Below, one piece after another: positions 1 to 11,059 of a stretch of DNA of 64,000 nucleotides (position 1 is the stretch's first letter; the number at the start of each line of letters is the position of its first letter). The position numbers and the translations under genes were made by a program. Source of the DNA: Octopus sinensis (taxonomy: Eukaryota); the NCBI RefSeq assembly GCF_006345805.1, contig NC_043019.1, forward strand, positions 19,529,360 through 19,593,359, given 5' to 3'. The notes below the pieces were generated by a model. The model saw only the letters and a program-made list of their open reading frames with translations, was not told where the DNA came from and searched no databases.

Positions 1-239
1 GTATATATATGATGGCTGCTCCCTCGTTATCGAGTATGGCCATTGCACGAAGCTTAACTGTTATTGGTGCTGTGATCGAATGTGACTTTTATTTGCTTTT
101 TAAGGCCACAACCAGCCATTCAGTTGAGACTCACAGCACTATCAACAATCATGAACAATGTTATCGTGCAATGCCTGTGCAAGAAGATTTTTTTTTAAAG
201 TGAAGAAAGGCTGTGCACTGAGTCAATCCCACTCACTAA

Positions 240-651
240 GCAACAGCAGCCATAATCTGAAAAGAAGAACAAGTCAACATCATCGGTAACCACTGAGTTA
301 TCCCAGTTACCTGAGTTACCTTCTCCTAGAAGGATGCCTTAACAAAGGCTAGGAGTCCTTCACTCCCAATGGTTTAACCGCGCGATCGGGTATTCAGTCC
401 GATTATTTCTATGTCCCCGCGCATGATACAGCCTTAAGCCTTAAAAAAAACCGCATTTATTGGATGGCCGTTGACTCTCAAGAGTTCCTCCGCCCTTTGA
501 GGGGTTTTGCTTTTCATCCCGCAGGGTGTCCAATAAACAGCCTCCTCACCAAGCGAGCTTGGTGGGGTTGCCGGTTTAGTCGCCGATGACCCGACCATGC
601 CACAGGTTGTACTGGGTTACATGTTACCAGCAGCACTCGAAAGTGACCTGA
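240..651 (-). mobile_element. 5' leader fragment of a non-LTR retroelement (related to 13900-14180)
   Basis: Shares blocks cctcctcaccaagc, ggggttgcc, gccgatgac and aacaaaggcta with the leader of the R4-like element. Confidence 0.55.
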
Positions 652-790
652 CATATATATATACACATACATACATACATATTAGTATGTCAATTCATTT
701 TGCAAGATTCCTGATGTGAAATCAGGTGTTGAAACAGATATTGTATTTTGGGATGGTAATTTTTTTTTTTTGCCAAATAAACACACGCAC

Positions 791-804
791 TATATATATA
801 TATG

Positions 805-870
<66 letters not shown>
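791..870. repeat. (TA)n microsatellite
   Basis: Direct reading. Similar (TA)n tracts at 10700-10765, 26838-26896, 28160-28190, 32385-32536 and 51330-51384. Confidence 0.95.
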
Positions 871-873
<3 letters not shown>

Positions 874-922
874 TTTACTTGTTTATTACTGTTCTTATTT
901 TATTATTTTAACTCATGTCCAT

Positions 923-966
923 TGTTCAGAAAGTTTTTGTTGCACTCTATGACCTCTTCAGCAACA
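923..966 (-). ncRNA. Decayed minimal type I hammerhead motif in a PLE pseudo-LTR fragment
   Basis: Minus strand reads tgttg-CTGAAGA-G-gtcat-agagt-gcaac-AAAA-actttc-tgaaca; GAAA and stem II are decayed. The adjacent 740-790 sequence matches the end of the 10.2-kb palindrome arm. Confidence 0.4.
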
Positions 967-1572
967 TTTCATTTTCGTGTGTTCTTGTTCCACTCACTCC
1001 ATTCTGTTCTTCTAAGATGTGTATCCTCAGGATAGACATGTATTCTTAGGATATAGCAGGCACGTGCCCGGAATACTACAGTTTTTCTCTTAAAAAGAAA
1101 GAATGTAGCATATCATGCAACAATTATGACAAATGATTCCGCAAAATATCGTTACATCGGATGTACACAAAACTGGATGAAATCAAGAATTTTTTGATTT
1201 TATAAGAATTCTAGAAAGGCATGGAATGTTATCAATGTAGTTGTTATGTTCCCATAATTCTTGGATGGATTTTCCTTTGGCAAGGAATCTACAAAGTGTA
1301 GTGCTACTTTTTGAATCCAATTCTGATGTATTTCAGATTCTCTGAATTTTCTCAGACAAACCATAATGCAAAGAACCATAAAAATCTCTTTTGTTTTATT
1401 CAATCTTAATTGAATCCTTCTGGATTCAATAGCTAAGCTTATGTTGTTGTTTTTGTACTGTTACTATTTCTAGTTATATATCGATAGTTTTTTTGTTTTT
1501 TTTGTTACTTTTTCTTCCTCTCTCGTGTTGTTCTCTGCCTTTTCTCTCATGTTTTGTTCTCTTCTATTTCAG

Positions 1573-1710
1573 GCTATTCTTGTGGCAAATAATCAGGCAA
1601 AACAGGAATTACCCAGTTTTCTTTCATCTGCAATTGTTCTCACAATTGCTGAATCAAAAGGCTTAGAATTCAATGATATCCTTTTGTACAACTTCTTCAA
1701 GGATTCTCTG
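1573..1710 (+). CDS. TRANK1: TRANK1-like gene, first exon visible in window (gene begins upstream); UvrD-type helicase C-terminal motif
   Basis: tttcag acceptor and gtacag donor, phase 0-0. Encodes AILVANN...IVLTIAESKGLEFNDILLYNFFKDS; the T-x-x-x-S-KGLEF motif is typical of SF1/UvrD helicases and TRANK1. Confidence 0.85.
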
Positions 1711-2946
1711 GTACAGTTTCAGTTTCATGTTAATCTAATTTCCCTTCCAGCCTCTCATGAAGGCCACACATTCTTCACATTGCTTTATTAAATTTCATTT
1801 CTTCATCACACAACATGAAAGATAAAAAAGTATTTTAGTAGTTCTGCAACCCTGTTGGTTATTGTGGGGGTGACACACGGACACACACTGCTGCTGCTGG
1901 CTGCTACTACTGCCATTGCCACCACCACTTACAACCGACCTCTTAATGGTACACCCAACCATTTGGTGCATGCTGACCACCCAATATATGCGACCCAAGT
2001 CAGTGACCTTTCCATTGGATTAAACATTGGTAACTTGGAGAGAGGGGAGAACTTGTATGTATGGCCAATGGTCAGTCTTCCTTGAAAATCTTGCCCAGGC
2101 CTCTACAGACATGTGTAGAAGTAGAATTAACCTTGACCGGTGGAGATCCTTGCATTTTATCTGCCTAGGCCAGTGACAGGAAAAGCGCACAAGGGCACAC
2201 CACAGTGCTTGTGTGTGTGTGTGTGTGTGAGAGAGAGAGTAGGAGAGGGGGTAACTGTCATGTTTGGAGAAAGGGACACGTGCACACACATACACCTGTA
2301 CATACTCATGCACACACCCACACATCACTCAGCCTCCTGACCCTACATCCTGCTGCTGCTACTGACCTCTGCCATCCCAACACACACACACACACACATG
2401 TACTACACATGCATATATAATGTGCTGCATACACGTGTGTATACGTGCATGGTTGTACGATGTATGAATGTCGTCATCCTTGTCACCATTTAACATCTTC
2501 CTTCCATGCTTGCAGAGGTTGGACCTTTGGACAGGACCCAGCACTGAGTTCCAGTGTCAGTTTTGGCACGGTTTTTATGGTTGGATGCCCTTCCTAACAC
2601 CAGCCCCTTTGCACTGTACTGGATGGGGTTTCTTTTCATACCACCAGAAAAGGGAAAGTTCCAACTTCTAGGTGGGGCTGGGAGTGACTTTATACCAGGT
2701 TTTGAAAGGCTAAAGTATGATAGAAGACAAGCACAGGTGTCTTGCTAGAGGAGAGGAGATCCGAGGGTGGCGGCTGGAAGTGGTTGAGAAGGAGATGAAA
2801 GAAGACAAAGATGCAGTGCCAAACTGCATGGATGTGTGTCTGTGTTCTTTATCAAATAAAATAACCGGTTGGTGTTAAAAGATAAAAAAATCTCTTTTAC
2901 TATAATTTATGCATCAGTCATTTCTAAGAAAAATTATCAATTACAG

Positions 2947-3052
2947 GTGACTGATGAATGGCGAATAATAACAAGCTATTTGCAGGAAATAATTGCAGAA
3001 ACCAATGAAGACAGCCAAGGAAATGGTCAAAGATCAGCTGAATTCAACTTCG
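2947..3052 (+). CDS. TRANK1: TRANK1-like exon 2
   Basis: ttacag acceptor and gtgaat donor, phase 0-1. Encodes VTDEWRIITSYLQEIIAE...; the EWR follows NFFKDS as expected. Confidence 0.8.
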
Positions 3053-4990
3053 GTGAATCCCATTCTTTCTTGTTGCTTAGCTTTGAATTAGTCTTGGTCT
3101 CGTAGATCAATGACATTTCAGCCATAATTGTACCCTTTTCCCTTAGGCATTGTGTATCTTAGACTACATTATTCAATGTGACTTCTCTTTTCCAAGCTAT
3201 ATATTTATTATTAATCCTAGTTAAATTCCACCCCATTTAATCTTCACATTAAATTGTTTGTTTTTTTTTCTTTTATTAATTTGTGAAAACTGTTGTGGAA
3301 GTCTAAGTGTCCGGAAATTTCCCACTTTCCAAATTGTTGCTGCTTAATGGTAGCACCAATGTTTAGAGGAGAAAGAATGAATGGAATGTATGAAATATTA
3401 GATTAACAATCCAAGAGTCATGGGTTCAAATTGACCCGAAGACATACACTTCATTCTCAGTGCCTCTTTTTATTTTATCTATTAAAACTTGATGACATCC
3501 CTTTTGTATAAAACTCAACTTAGGTGGACTTGTGTCCCCTCCTGCTTTCTCTCTCTCCCACTGACTCAAAACTTTTCAATTGAGCATTAGGAACTGACCT
3601 CTGTATAGATCCTTGTTAATCAGAAAAAGATCACCGAACGGCTCCATGTGTGCCTGTTGTTGGACAGATGCACCACACTACAGCATATTGCTGCTCACAT
3701 GTGACATAACTGTCGAAAGGCCCTGCTGGAATACTCTACACCCTCCATAAATCTCCCTATTAGCTCTATATTCATGGGAGCCTGCCACTCGTGTCCTGTC
3801 CACACTCTTTTTGCTTCTCTATCAATTCTTTCCCCTTTGTCTTTACTCCATTTCCCCAACCTTTGACCTTGGCTTCTGCTCCTCTTATCTTAACTGCACA
3901 AACCTGATGAAGTTTATGTGATATTGAACAGTTGTGTCCATCCATGACCTTCTTCACTCTTTCTACGAACTGTTATGGCAATGGTTTCTATGAGCTAAAG
4001 GGGTTGTGATGGGTTCTGGGTGATGCCTTGATCTGCTACAAATAAGCAAATCTCTCACCAGTCACTCCCTTCTGTTTTAAAAATGGAAAATCTATATTCG
4101 AAATATAAACCCTTCATTGTCTATCCAGAATATATAAAAGGGCAAGATTATCATGGATTGAACATTTGCTTGATCAGGACTGACCCAGGGCTAAGCAACA
4201 TGAACGCTATCTTAACCAAATCAATCCAGCTAGGTTTATATGCAAGATTGCACAGAAAGGACGAATGCATTCTCATCTTTAGTGTGGAAGTCATCCCACG
4301 AGGAACTGGAGTCCATAAAACCCCTTTCTGTAGCCAGTGTTAGCATGGGGTCTCAGACAAACAAACCAGAAATGTGTTTTTAGACAACTAGATTGGTACA
4401 TAATAAATTGAAAGGTAGGTGGACGGAGTGACAGATGAATCGCTCAATGGATTTGTAGAAAGATGCCGGACTTGACAGAAATAAATGATTAGCTGGATGG
4501 ATTGAGTGAGTGAGAGAAAAGATAAGAAAGAAAGAAATATAGATAGACAGATCAATCAACAGATAGATCAATTAGCTGATAGAGAGATCGATTGATTGAA
4601 TGATAGCAGGGTGGAGTGATTGATAGATAGTTTGGTTGAGAAATATTTTATTTGAATCACAGAAATATTGTTCCTGCTGGGTCAACTTTGCCAATCGTCC
4701 TTTTACGGTCAATAAAACAAGTACCAGTCAAATATTAGGGTCAGTTAAATACTCTCTACTTTTACCAAAAATTCTGAGGCATTGTGTCTTTGTTTTACCA
4801 CTTTGTATAAAAATTGGTAAAATACATTTGAGTAAGAACAAGATCAAAGAACTTCAATGTGAAATATGGACAAACAAGCTTCTCCCAAATAGAATGATAT
4901 GAAATTTAAACAATTAGAAAGACATGCCACACAACAGGTCTACTCTACAATAAAAATAACTAATATTGTTTTGTTCTTTTTCCTTTGCAG

Positions 4991-5203
4991 ATGTTCTTGA
5001 TTCCGAGAACCATCCTCATCCTTTAACCTTTGACCCAAACAAGCACAAGGTTCTCAACTCTGAATTAAAGTATTTATACACAGCACTTACAAGGGCAAAA
5101 CATAACATTTGGATTTTTGATATATCCAATGAAAAACGAACCCCAATTTTTGAGTATTTTCAGGTTCTGCGTTTGGTTGCATCTGTTGATACTTCTAGTG
5201 AAG
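4991..5203 (+). CDS. TRANK1: TRANK1-like exon 3 (helicase motif VI region)
   Basis: ttgcag acceptor and gtatga donor, phase 1-1. Encodes HPLTFDPNKHKVLNSELKYLYTALTRAKHNIWIFD (LY-x-A-x-TRA motif VI). Confidence 0.88.
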
Positions 5204-6035
5204 GTATGAAATTTTCCATAAGATGTCCAGTTTTTGTAGAGGTGATGACATTGGGTGTGTGAGGTTGTTTTGGGGTGGATATTTAATTACACTCAGTTAT
5301 ATGATCATATCAAACGAAGGAATGTTGAAATGTGTGTGTGTGTGTGTGGGTGTTTGGAGTTATGTTTTGGTAGACATGTGGAGGATATGTAAGATGAGTA
5401 AAGTTGTGCATAAATAAGTTGATGAGTGTGTAAAAGACTACAGCATATATATATATGGATGTGTGTGTGTGTGTGTCAGAACAACTGTGTGCACGGATAG
5501 TTGTGTGTGTGTGTGTGTGTAGGATATGAATAAATTGGTATGAAAGTATCACTGGTGTTCCTATGTGTTTATTAAGGGTCACTGTGAAACTATCTGGCTG
5601 TATCGTCGCTTGTCATTGTCCTTACCATTACAATTAGGTACAATGTCTAAATTTATAAGGGTGGAATTTAATAAATTTAATCAGCTTCATTGATTGGAAT
5701 GGAAACCAAAGCTAACAGCCTTCCGATAGGTTCTGATGTCAGAACATTCACAGATATAATCAGATCTCACAAGGCATGTTCTACAGAGCTCTACTGAGTT
5801 TGCAATCTACCACCATGCAACTCTGAGTTACGTTCAAAAACAATCAGATCCATAAAGCTATGTAGCTGGATTACAGCCACTAATTAGTGGCTGTAATCTA
5901 GCTGCATAATGGGGTCTGTAATTTATGTAGCTGTAATAAATGTAGCTACATAATGGGGTCTGTAATTACTGACCCCGTTATGCTACGAGTGTGGTTTTTG
6001 TTTTTATGCATGTGTGTTTATTCTCCTATTTTTAG

Positions 6036-6358
6036 ACCCTGACAATACTGAATTTGCCAGAAGCTCAACACCAGAAGAATGGTTTACGAAAGGAATGTCT
6101 TTCTTTGAGCGAAAACACTTTGAAATTGCTATAAAGTGTTTCCAGAAAAGTGGTCACAAGAAAGAAGAAACCGTGGCAACAGCATTCCAGTATGTTCAAC
6201 AGGCTCAAATGCAAGACTCAGCTGCCAAGAAGCAGAAGCACTTCCTCATAGCTTCCAAGTATTTCTTTGATTGTAACATGTGTATCAGATCAGCATGGTG
6301 TTTATCTGAAGGAGGCAAATATGAACTTTCTGCCCGTCTTTACCGAAAATGTCACAAG
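6036..6358 (+). CDS. TRANK1: TRANK1-like exon 4 (TPR-like repeats), ends at a probable GC donor
   Basis: ttttag acceptor, phase 1. Encodes FARSSTPEEWFTKGMSFFERKHFEIAIKCFQKSG...; the best phase-0 donor is AAG/gcatgt. Confidence 0.8.
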
Positions 6359-8072
6359 GCATGTATTAGTACATTTGTATTTCCTCTCTCTCACCCACAC
6401 ATACAGCTATATATGGCTGTCACGCTGTGGTACATAGAGTTTATTTATGATTTTTAGATATCATCATCATCATCATGCTTCATGCTGACTTGGGTTGGAT
6501 GTTTGACATCATCTGAAGGGCCCAAGGACTTCATTGTGCTCCAGTGTCTGCATTGACACGGTTCCTATGGTTAGATGTCCTTCCTAATTCCAACCATTTT
6601 ACAGAGTATACTGCTATCAGCCCTGGTGCGATCATCATGCAGTTTGCAAGACTACAAACCCCTAGGGAGGCGACTTTATGCTAGGGGATGAGGAGTAGAA
6701 AGAGAATAATCTATGCAAGAGAAAGGGCCGGAGTAGCACAGATTTCATGCAGTGGTGGGGGAGGGGGGGGCTACATAATTTCTCTCATTGTGGGATTGAT
6801 CAAGTGGAGGTGGAGAGCAATAAAAATAGTGGTGACGAGGTGTCAGGATGGACCATGAAGGTACATGTTGGGTCGGAATGCATGGGATAGCAGAGCCAGG
6901 ATTGAATGCAAGAGTAGGGAATGTCTGATAGTCAGAGCAGTAGAATTGTAATGATGATGCACTAAACAGGAAAAGGACAGTTCATTTGGTTTGTAAGACT
7001 TACCACTTGTATTGAGCCTGTGTCATTGCCTTTGTTCAGTACAACATGCATAATGCTGACATTCAAGAGAGAAGAAGAAAGTACAGGAAGAAAGTACAGG
7101 GCTATTAAAGTAAGGGATGAAAGTTATGGTGAGAGTAATAGCACAACTGATACAATGTAGCTCCTTTGTGGTCAAGTGGTCAGTGAGGAATGTTTGAGTA
7201 GTTGAATTGTTGTGGGAGCCGTACAAGCCATGTCCAAAAGTACAATCAGCAAGGTAAGAGTTAGTAATGATTTCAGTGAAGGTGAGGTTACTCTAGGGCT
7301 AATTGATTTATTAGCCCACTTCTGTTCGTTATAATCCTCCAAGCCATAATAAAGACATTTAAGACCAGCAACAGCTTCTTGTGTAGGTGCATGTGAGAAT
7401 GTCTGTGTACTTGTTTTGCCACCACACTGTATTGATAAATGAGTGTCATAATTACACAAGCAGTGTCGTTCATTTACAATCTTTTGTGAAAATATATCCA
7501 GTCTCGGTAAAATATTACCTTATTTGGAAATTGGAAGGGTAAACTGATCATGAAAAATCTTCAGCAAATTCCATCTGACCTGTGTGAATTTGCAAAAGTA
7601 AACATTAAAACAATGGTGATGATGATGATGATACATACATATCTATGTATGTGTGAGTATTTGTTTGTGTTTTTTTTTTGTTTTGACATGGTGCAATAGT
7701 CTTAAACCAGCATTATTGCTGTACAAGTAGTGTCGTTCATTTAGAAACGTCTGTAAAAATAAGTCTAACATTGGAAGAATCTGTTGCTTGGAAACATATG
7801 AGGGTTGCTGATAGGAAAGTCTGCCTTGAGGGGGAATATCCATCCAACCCATACAAAGCAGGAAAATGTGGTTATGATGATGATGATGATGATGATCACT
7901 ATATATATGTACTCAATACAAAGGGAGCAACCATTGCATCTCAACTGCTTCTGGTTACTAAATGGCGTCTGAAGTCTTTGGACAACCACATTATATTTAT
8001 TATAAGAAACAACTGGTTTTTGTTTTGTTTCTACATCTTTTTTCTTTTTTCTTTTTAAAATATCAAATGTAG

Positions 8073-8237
8073 TACAAGGAAGCTGCAGTGAATTTTAAGA
8101 AAGCAAAGCTGTATAATGAAGCTGTACCTTGTTATCTGAAGATTTCAGAATATGGTAAAGCAGTGGACATGCTTCACAATGTCAGGCAGTTTAGTCATGC
8201 CATTGAGATAATTCAGAAATATAAAGCTCTTGAACAG
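8073..8237 (+). CDS. TRANK1: TRANK1-like exon 5 (TPR-like)
   Basis: atgtag acceptor after a T-rich tract and CAG/gttggt donor, phase 0-0. Encodes YKEAAVNFKKAKLYNEAVPCYLKISEYGKAVDML. Confidence 0.78.
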
Positions 8238-8773
8238 GTTGGTTTTTCAACAGAATTTGTTTATTGTTTTTCTTTAGAGTTCAGTGCAAAAGACATCGCA
8301 GTCTGCTTAAAACGCTTGCTTTGTGTTCGAGTGGTTTGGGGTTTGGTACCACTGTGTAACATCTTAGGCATCTGTCTTCTACTATAGCCCCAAGCCAGCC
8401 GATACCTTGTGAGTGACATTGGTAGATGGAAACTGCGTGGAAGCCTATCATATATATATGTGTGTGTGTGTTTTTCTTTTTGCTAGTCCTCCCACATACT
8501 GTTTGAACCAGTGTTGGTTTGTTTACATCCCTATAACTTAGTAGTTTGCCAAAAGTGACTGATAGAATAAGTACCAGTTGAGTCATTTAATTTAAATGTA
8601 GCCATATCAGAATATTCGTTGGAAAGTGTGCATCTTGCCAAGAACTACTCACAGAACTTCCCTCTTAGGTCTGAATCATGTTTGGGTGCAGGGACCATTC
8701 TTAGAATGTAATACAGTAACAGCACTTGAAAATGCTTGATTTTGAAATTCGCATGTGACAAAGTTCTCTCCCT

Positions 8774-8823
8774 CAGCAATGCTCCATGAACAGCAATGCT
8801 CCATGAACAGCAATGCTCCATGA
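8774..8823 (+). repeat. Three copies of a 17-bp tandem repeat CAGCAATGCTCCATGAA
   Basis: Direct reading. Confidence 0.9.
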
Positions 8824-8859
8824 TAGTGAAGATGCTGCTGAAATGCAGAGGAGATGCAA

Positions 8860-9582
8860 AGGCTTGGCAGAAATGGGAGCTAATACGTGCTGTGCTGGAT
8901 GTGCAACATGAGTGTGCATGTGCAACATGAGGGGCATCAAATGTGCAAGAGAGGAAGCTGTATTGTTTGGTCAGGTGATGTGTATGGATGGGGATAGGTG
9001 CGTAAAGAAGTGTCAGTTCCTAGATGTGGAGGAAACCTGTGGGAGAAGACGACCGAGGAAATTGTGGATTGAGGTGGTGGGAATTGAACTTCAGATGTTG
9101 AGCATCAACGAGATGACAAAAGGCTGCCAACAACTCACCTTCCTAGATCGGCCCCTTTCCATATTCACTCACTGCATTTCTCCTTCTCACCCACTCACCC
9201 TATCCAAACCACTTCACATATATCCTCCTCTCTGTAACTTTGAGGTTACGCTATGACACATCTTCACCATCTTTTCTCCCACCTCCCTTTCTTGTTTCTA
9301 TTCCTTCCTCCCTCAGTACTACCCCCACTCCCCCATCAGTTGCAGAGTCTTCTTATGGAAGGTCCTTGGTGACTTTGCTGGTGCTGATGCCATATAAAAA
9401 GCACCAAGTTTACTCTGTAAAGAGGCTGGTGTTAGGAAGGGCATTCAGCTATAGAAACCATTCCGAAGCAGACAGTAAAGCTTGGCACAGTCCCCTGGCT
9501 TGCCACCCCTTGGTGCCACCTCTTGTCAAACTGTCCAACCCATATCAGATTAGAAAATGGATATTAAGTGATGATGATGATT
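8860..9582 (+). mobile_element. RTE-clade LINE 3' fragments with (GAT)n tail
   Basis: Degenerate FGQVMCMDGDRCVKKC...TCGRRRPRKLW (RTE C-terminal motif) and the conserved 3' UTR block ttaggaagggcattcagct ending in gatgatgat. Confidence 0.7.
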
Positions 9583-10200
9583 TCATGACTCGCTTGCTGA
9601 ACACATTTTCTTGCTCCACTGGCAAAGATTTCTTGTCTCCTTTCTTGCTTTGAGGAACTTGTTGATGTCTGTGCTTTCCTGGAATGTTTCTTGTGGACAT
9701 TCTCAACTGCTGCATCTGCTTTGATCTGCCTCTAGCAATGCTAAATTACATAAGTAGATCATTTGTTTGAGACTTTCTCCAACTGCATGTTCTCCACTTC
9801 TAGTAGCATTTTAAGCTAAATTCCCCTTGTTCAAAGTTTAGTCTAGTTCCCTTTATTATTTCTAAAGGGCTAAAGTCTAAAAATAAATGAAAACTGAGCT
9901 ATCAGCTATTAAAGTGTGTATTTGTTTTCTTAGGACATCCTATATATGAGTGTATGTGTGCATGTATTAAACATTTAGAAGAGGGGTGACAATGAATTGA
10001 AGTTTCGACCTGCTCTCCTTCATCAGACTGTACTATGCTCAGATGTCATTTGACTTTATATAATACTTGGCAAGTTTTTCTGTGGTGGGTGGAACTATGT
10101 GAAATGATTAGAAATGTAAGTCTCTGGAGAATGGATGTAGAAGGAAGGAGACACTTTGTATATAAATATGTGTGTCTGTATGTAATATATATATATATAT

Positions 10201-10648
10201 ATATTGTTATATTTCGGAATGGTCATATTGCAAGTTTAGCCAATAAAAACACACGCACTATATATTTGGTGTTATTTTGCTTCAGTGTTATTTATTTTTT
10301 ACATTAATCTTAATCTTATTTCGGCCAGAGTTCTTTTGTCACACTCCTGTGACCGCATCAGTGGTCCTTTGTTTTCTTCTTTCTTATTTGTGTGTCTCTC
10401 CTTACTAACCGTCAGCCATTTTGTATACAAAATGGCTGACAGTTAGTAAGGAGAGACACAAATAAGTGAGAAGAAAACAAAGGACCACTGATGCGGTCAC
10501 AGGAGTGTGACGAAAGAACTCTGGCCGAAATAAGATTAAGATTAATGTAAAAAATAAATATCACTGAAGCAAAATAACACCAAATATATAGTGCGTGTGT
10601 TTTTATTGGCTAAACTGGCAATATGACCATTCCGAAATATAACAATAT
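10201..10648. repeat. 448-bp spacerless palindrome (inverted PLE pseudo-LTR pair)
   Basis: Arms 10201-10425 and 10426-10648 are centred on GTATAC, with a few substitutions and one 2-bp indel. Confidence 0.92.
10482..10526 (+). ncRNA. Minimal hammerhead-like motif, A9C core variant (antisense copy at 10323-10367)
   Basis: ggacca-CTGATGC-G-GTCAC-aggagt-GTGAC-GAAA-gaaCTC-tggcc. Confidence 0.55.
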
Positions 10649-10699
10649 CTGTTTCAACACACGACTTCACATAAAAAATCTTGCACAACAAATATTTAA

Positions 10700-10768
<69 letters not shown>

Positions 10769-10779
10769 TATTGTTTCAG

Positions 10780-10996
10780 TCATATGGTGATTCTGCACCT
10801 GAGGATTTCATAAAGAATCGTCCAACAAAAGATATATTCTACCTCGCTCAGCAAGCTGCAAATCTTTACTACCAATGTAAGGATTTTGAGAAAATGAAGG
10901 TGGCCTTGCTTCATTTCACCACATTGGAAGATAAACTGAATTTCCTGGAGAAGAAGAGACTCTTCAAAGATGCTGCTGAACTGCTTAGAAATAATG
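10780..10996 (+). CDS. TRANK1: TRANK1-like exon 6
   Basis: tttcag acceptor and gtatgg donor, phase 0-1. Encodes ...AANLYYQCKDFEKMKVALLHFTTLEDKLNFLEKKRLFKDAAELLRNNG. Confidence 0.82.
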
Positions 10997-11059
10997 GTAT
11001 GGATTATAAATTTAATGATTTCTTTTGTTGTTATTGCTGTTGTTGTTCATGTCTGTCCT

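Noticed and set aside
690-770. Possible upstream TRANK1 exon (GVETDIVFWDG/gtaat)
   Set aside because: The sequence matches the end of the pseudo-LTR family seen at 10201, and the phase and peptide do not fit.
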